Shown here piece by piece: positions 61,707 to 64,000 of a stretch of 64,000 nt of DNA. The stretch spans positions 1-64,000 of the forward strand of contig JAVECO010000053.1 of assembly GCA_051942205.1 (NCBI GenBank), written 5' to 3'. The translations under genes and the position numbers were made by a program. Source of the DNA: Coniocarpon cinnabarinum. Lineage: Eukaryota. The notes below the pieces were generated by a model, which ran no database searches, was not told where the DNA came from, and was given only the letters and a program-made list of their open reading frames with translations. Within the stretch, counting starts at the first letter, position 1. Every line of letters starts with the position of its first letter.

Positions 61707-63128
61707 ATGGCCGAGGACCAGGCTGTTGGTATGCATAAAGCTATCGCTGATGTAGTGAGACCAATTCTGACCTTCAACATCTAGACTACAGCCTGAACAA
61801 TCCAGATACACTAACCAAGTACAAGACTGCGGCCGGCATCTCCCATAAAGCTCTCGAGGCGGTCACAGGTGCGGAGCGTTATCTTCACACAAGCTGCGCC
61901 GACACTGAACACTTCTTCTAGGCTGGTGTGTCGAAGGCGCGAAGATCGTCGAAATTTGCCAAAAGGGCGACGCATTCCTCGCCAACGAGGTCGGCAAGGT
62001 GTACAAGGGCAAAAAGATCAACAAAGGCATCAGCCACCCTACAACTGTTTCCCCAAGCTCCTACGTGACCCCCTATACGCCTTTGGTCTCCGACGTTGAA
62101 GAAGCTGCCACCGCTCTGAAACCTGGAGAAGTCGTCAAGATACAGCTCGGCGCTCAGATTGATGGCTTTGGCACTATAGTCTGCGACTCGGTCATCATAC
62201 CCTCTACCGACCACGCACATGAAGATGGCAAGATCCCATCGCGACAGGCGGATCTGTTACTGGCGACGTACTGGGCCAATGAGCTGTTACTGAGGTTAAT
62301 GGTGCCGCCGGGGCTACTGGTGCAAGGGTCTGACGAGGAGAAGGCCAAAGCTCAGAAAGAGAAGCCACCGACTCAAGCTCGAATCACGCAGCTGCTCGAA
62401 AAGGTTGTTCAAAGCTTCAACTGTAACTTGGTCGAAAGCACGACCTCGTGGCTTTTCGAGCGGAATGAGATCGAGGGCTCCAAAAAGATCATCCTTGCGC
62501 CGGGCGAGGGCGTCAAGGGGGATGGCGTTCCTGAAGTTGGCGAAGTCTGGGGAGTTGAGATGGGTGTCAGTCTCGGCACGGGAAAGTGTAAGACGCTCGA
62601 AAAGAGGCCTACACTTTTGCGAAGAACGACGACCACGTATCAGCTAAAACGACCAAGTTCACGGCAAACTTTGTCGGAGATTGTGGAAAAATTCAAGACT
62701 TTCCCATTCAGCTTACGGCAGCTCAACGATGAGCGCGCGGGCAAGGTCGGTGTTCTTGAGTCAGTCCGCGCCGGCGTCTTGCGGCAGTATGATCCCGCAG
62801 GTGACAAGGACAACGAGCCTGTGGGTAGGCTTTTGACTACTGTCGGTAAGTAATGGCCTGCTCTTGCTTTGGCAGGATAGCCGATGTCAGTGTGGGTGCT
62901 GATAATCTCCAAGCTATCACCAAGAACGGTATGCAGATCCTTGCCGGGGCCCCCAAGCCTGACTTGAGTAAATTCGTCACGGATGACAAAATTCGAGACG
63001 AGGAGGTCTTGAAAGTTTTGGAGAGACCTCTTGCCCGCAATACCGGCAAGAAGAATAAAAAGAAGAAGAAACCAGCTAAGAAATCGCAGCCGGACGAAGC
63101 AGAAGAGAGCAGTGATGAAAGCGATTAG
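61707..63128 (+). CDS. Arx1/PA2G4(Ebp1)/Cdb4-like M24-fold protein (curved DNA-binding / pre-60S factor)
   Basis: DYSLNNPDTLTKYKTAA, KGISHPTTVS, VKIQLGAQIDGF, FPFSLRQL and a Lys-rich tail. Introns 61729-61784, 61869-61921 and 62846-62913. Confidence 0.88.
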
Positions 63129-64000
63129 ACAAGCCTATGCGGCAAAATTTGACATTCTAGCAAACGCCAGCCGCTGCCTATGGTCGTGCCAAAGGAACAT
63201 ACGACTCTTGACATTGACGTGAAGTGGATCAGAATTTCCTGACCCCACTTGCATGTCGTTCTGGGATGTCCAAGGCAAGCGCAAGCATGCAGGTCCTTGT
63301 CGTACACATACGCACTATCCTCAGTACATTGCTCCTTGGTTGTCACCTGGGCAGAGTACGAAGGAGAAGTCGCTGCGAAGCGGCTTAGCAGCAATGAAAG
63401 CTGCTAAAATCACTCATTTTCTCCCGTGTAGTCATGTATGTCTCTGGTAAGTAGGCTGTGCTCTCTTATCTGCCGCCGTTCTTGATTGCACCTCTGATTC
63501 ATCGATCCAACTTTATCATGACATTTGTCAGGACGTCATTTTGCACATGAAGATTGAAAAATTCAAAGTGGCTCAGAGTCAGCTTGACAGATGCGTTACG
63601 GTGCTAGCTGATTCGAATCAGCATTCCTTAGTTGCACCCTGAGTCACAATATCTTCCAAAGCTTGTGGCCCTGAGCCAACGCGCAGGCACCACAGCGAGT
63701 CAGCCACGGATGAATATTTTGGCACATGCTCAAGGGCCCTGTCCTGAGCTGTGACTCTTCAAGCCATAGTTTGCGACAATCATTTGCAGTCGTAAAGTTT
63801 GGGGCAGCGGCACAGGCGGCAACCTTTAGACTAAAGCCTTGCCATCAGATTAGCACCTTATGGCTGATGGCAGTGTCATACTATGTGGACCTGTTCGAGG
63901 TGACAGTGCAACGGCAGATCTGGGGCAGGCAGAGGCGAAGGGTGGCGCTGTCATGTGTCAATGCACAAAGCAGGTAGCCCAATCTTATGAACACACTTGT

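Noticed and set aside
832..63049. Numerous antisense or alternate-frame ORFs overlapping conserved genes
   Set aside because: Shadow ORFs expected from codon bias in GC-balanced coding DNA.
1..64000. tRNA, rRNA, snRNA, CRISPR arrays, transposons
   Set aside because: No T-loop/cloverleaf, U-snRNA signature, spaced repeat, transposase/RT motif, LTR or TIR was noticed by eye. A covariance-model scan would be needed to exclude snoRNAs.

Overview
Gene-dense, intron-containing genomic DNA from a filamentous ascomycete (Pezizomycotina-type GT-AG introns with CTRAC/CTAAC branch points). The flanks carry conserved housekeeping genes: VID27, AP-1 beta adaptin, mitochondrial uS17, a ThiD-TenA (THI20-like) fusion, POL1, MAK3/NAA30, condensin YCS4, CDC7, RPL28/uL15, a SEC24 paralogue, CHL1, a group X hybrid histidine kinase, GCD6, SKN7 and an Arx1/PA2G4-family gene. 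Between POL1 and MAK3 (~17-31.9 kb) lies an accessory island. It holds a head-to-head pair of a putative Amidoligase_2 (COOH-NH2 ligase) gene and an AIG2/GGCT-like cyclotransferase gene, followed by five same-strand diverged paralogues of a helical protein family I do not recognise. Other notable points: an eIF2B-epsilon that appears to lack its left-handed beta-helix, complementary blocks between the two RPL28 introns, a 56-aa three-exon microprotein missed by the ORF track, and a frameshifted small secreted Cys-rich gene. All calls come from reading the sequence and recalling protein families; no searches were run.
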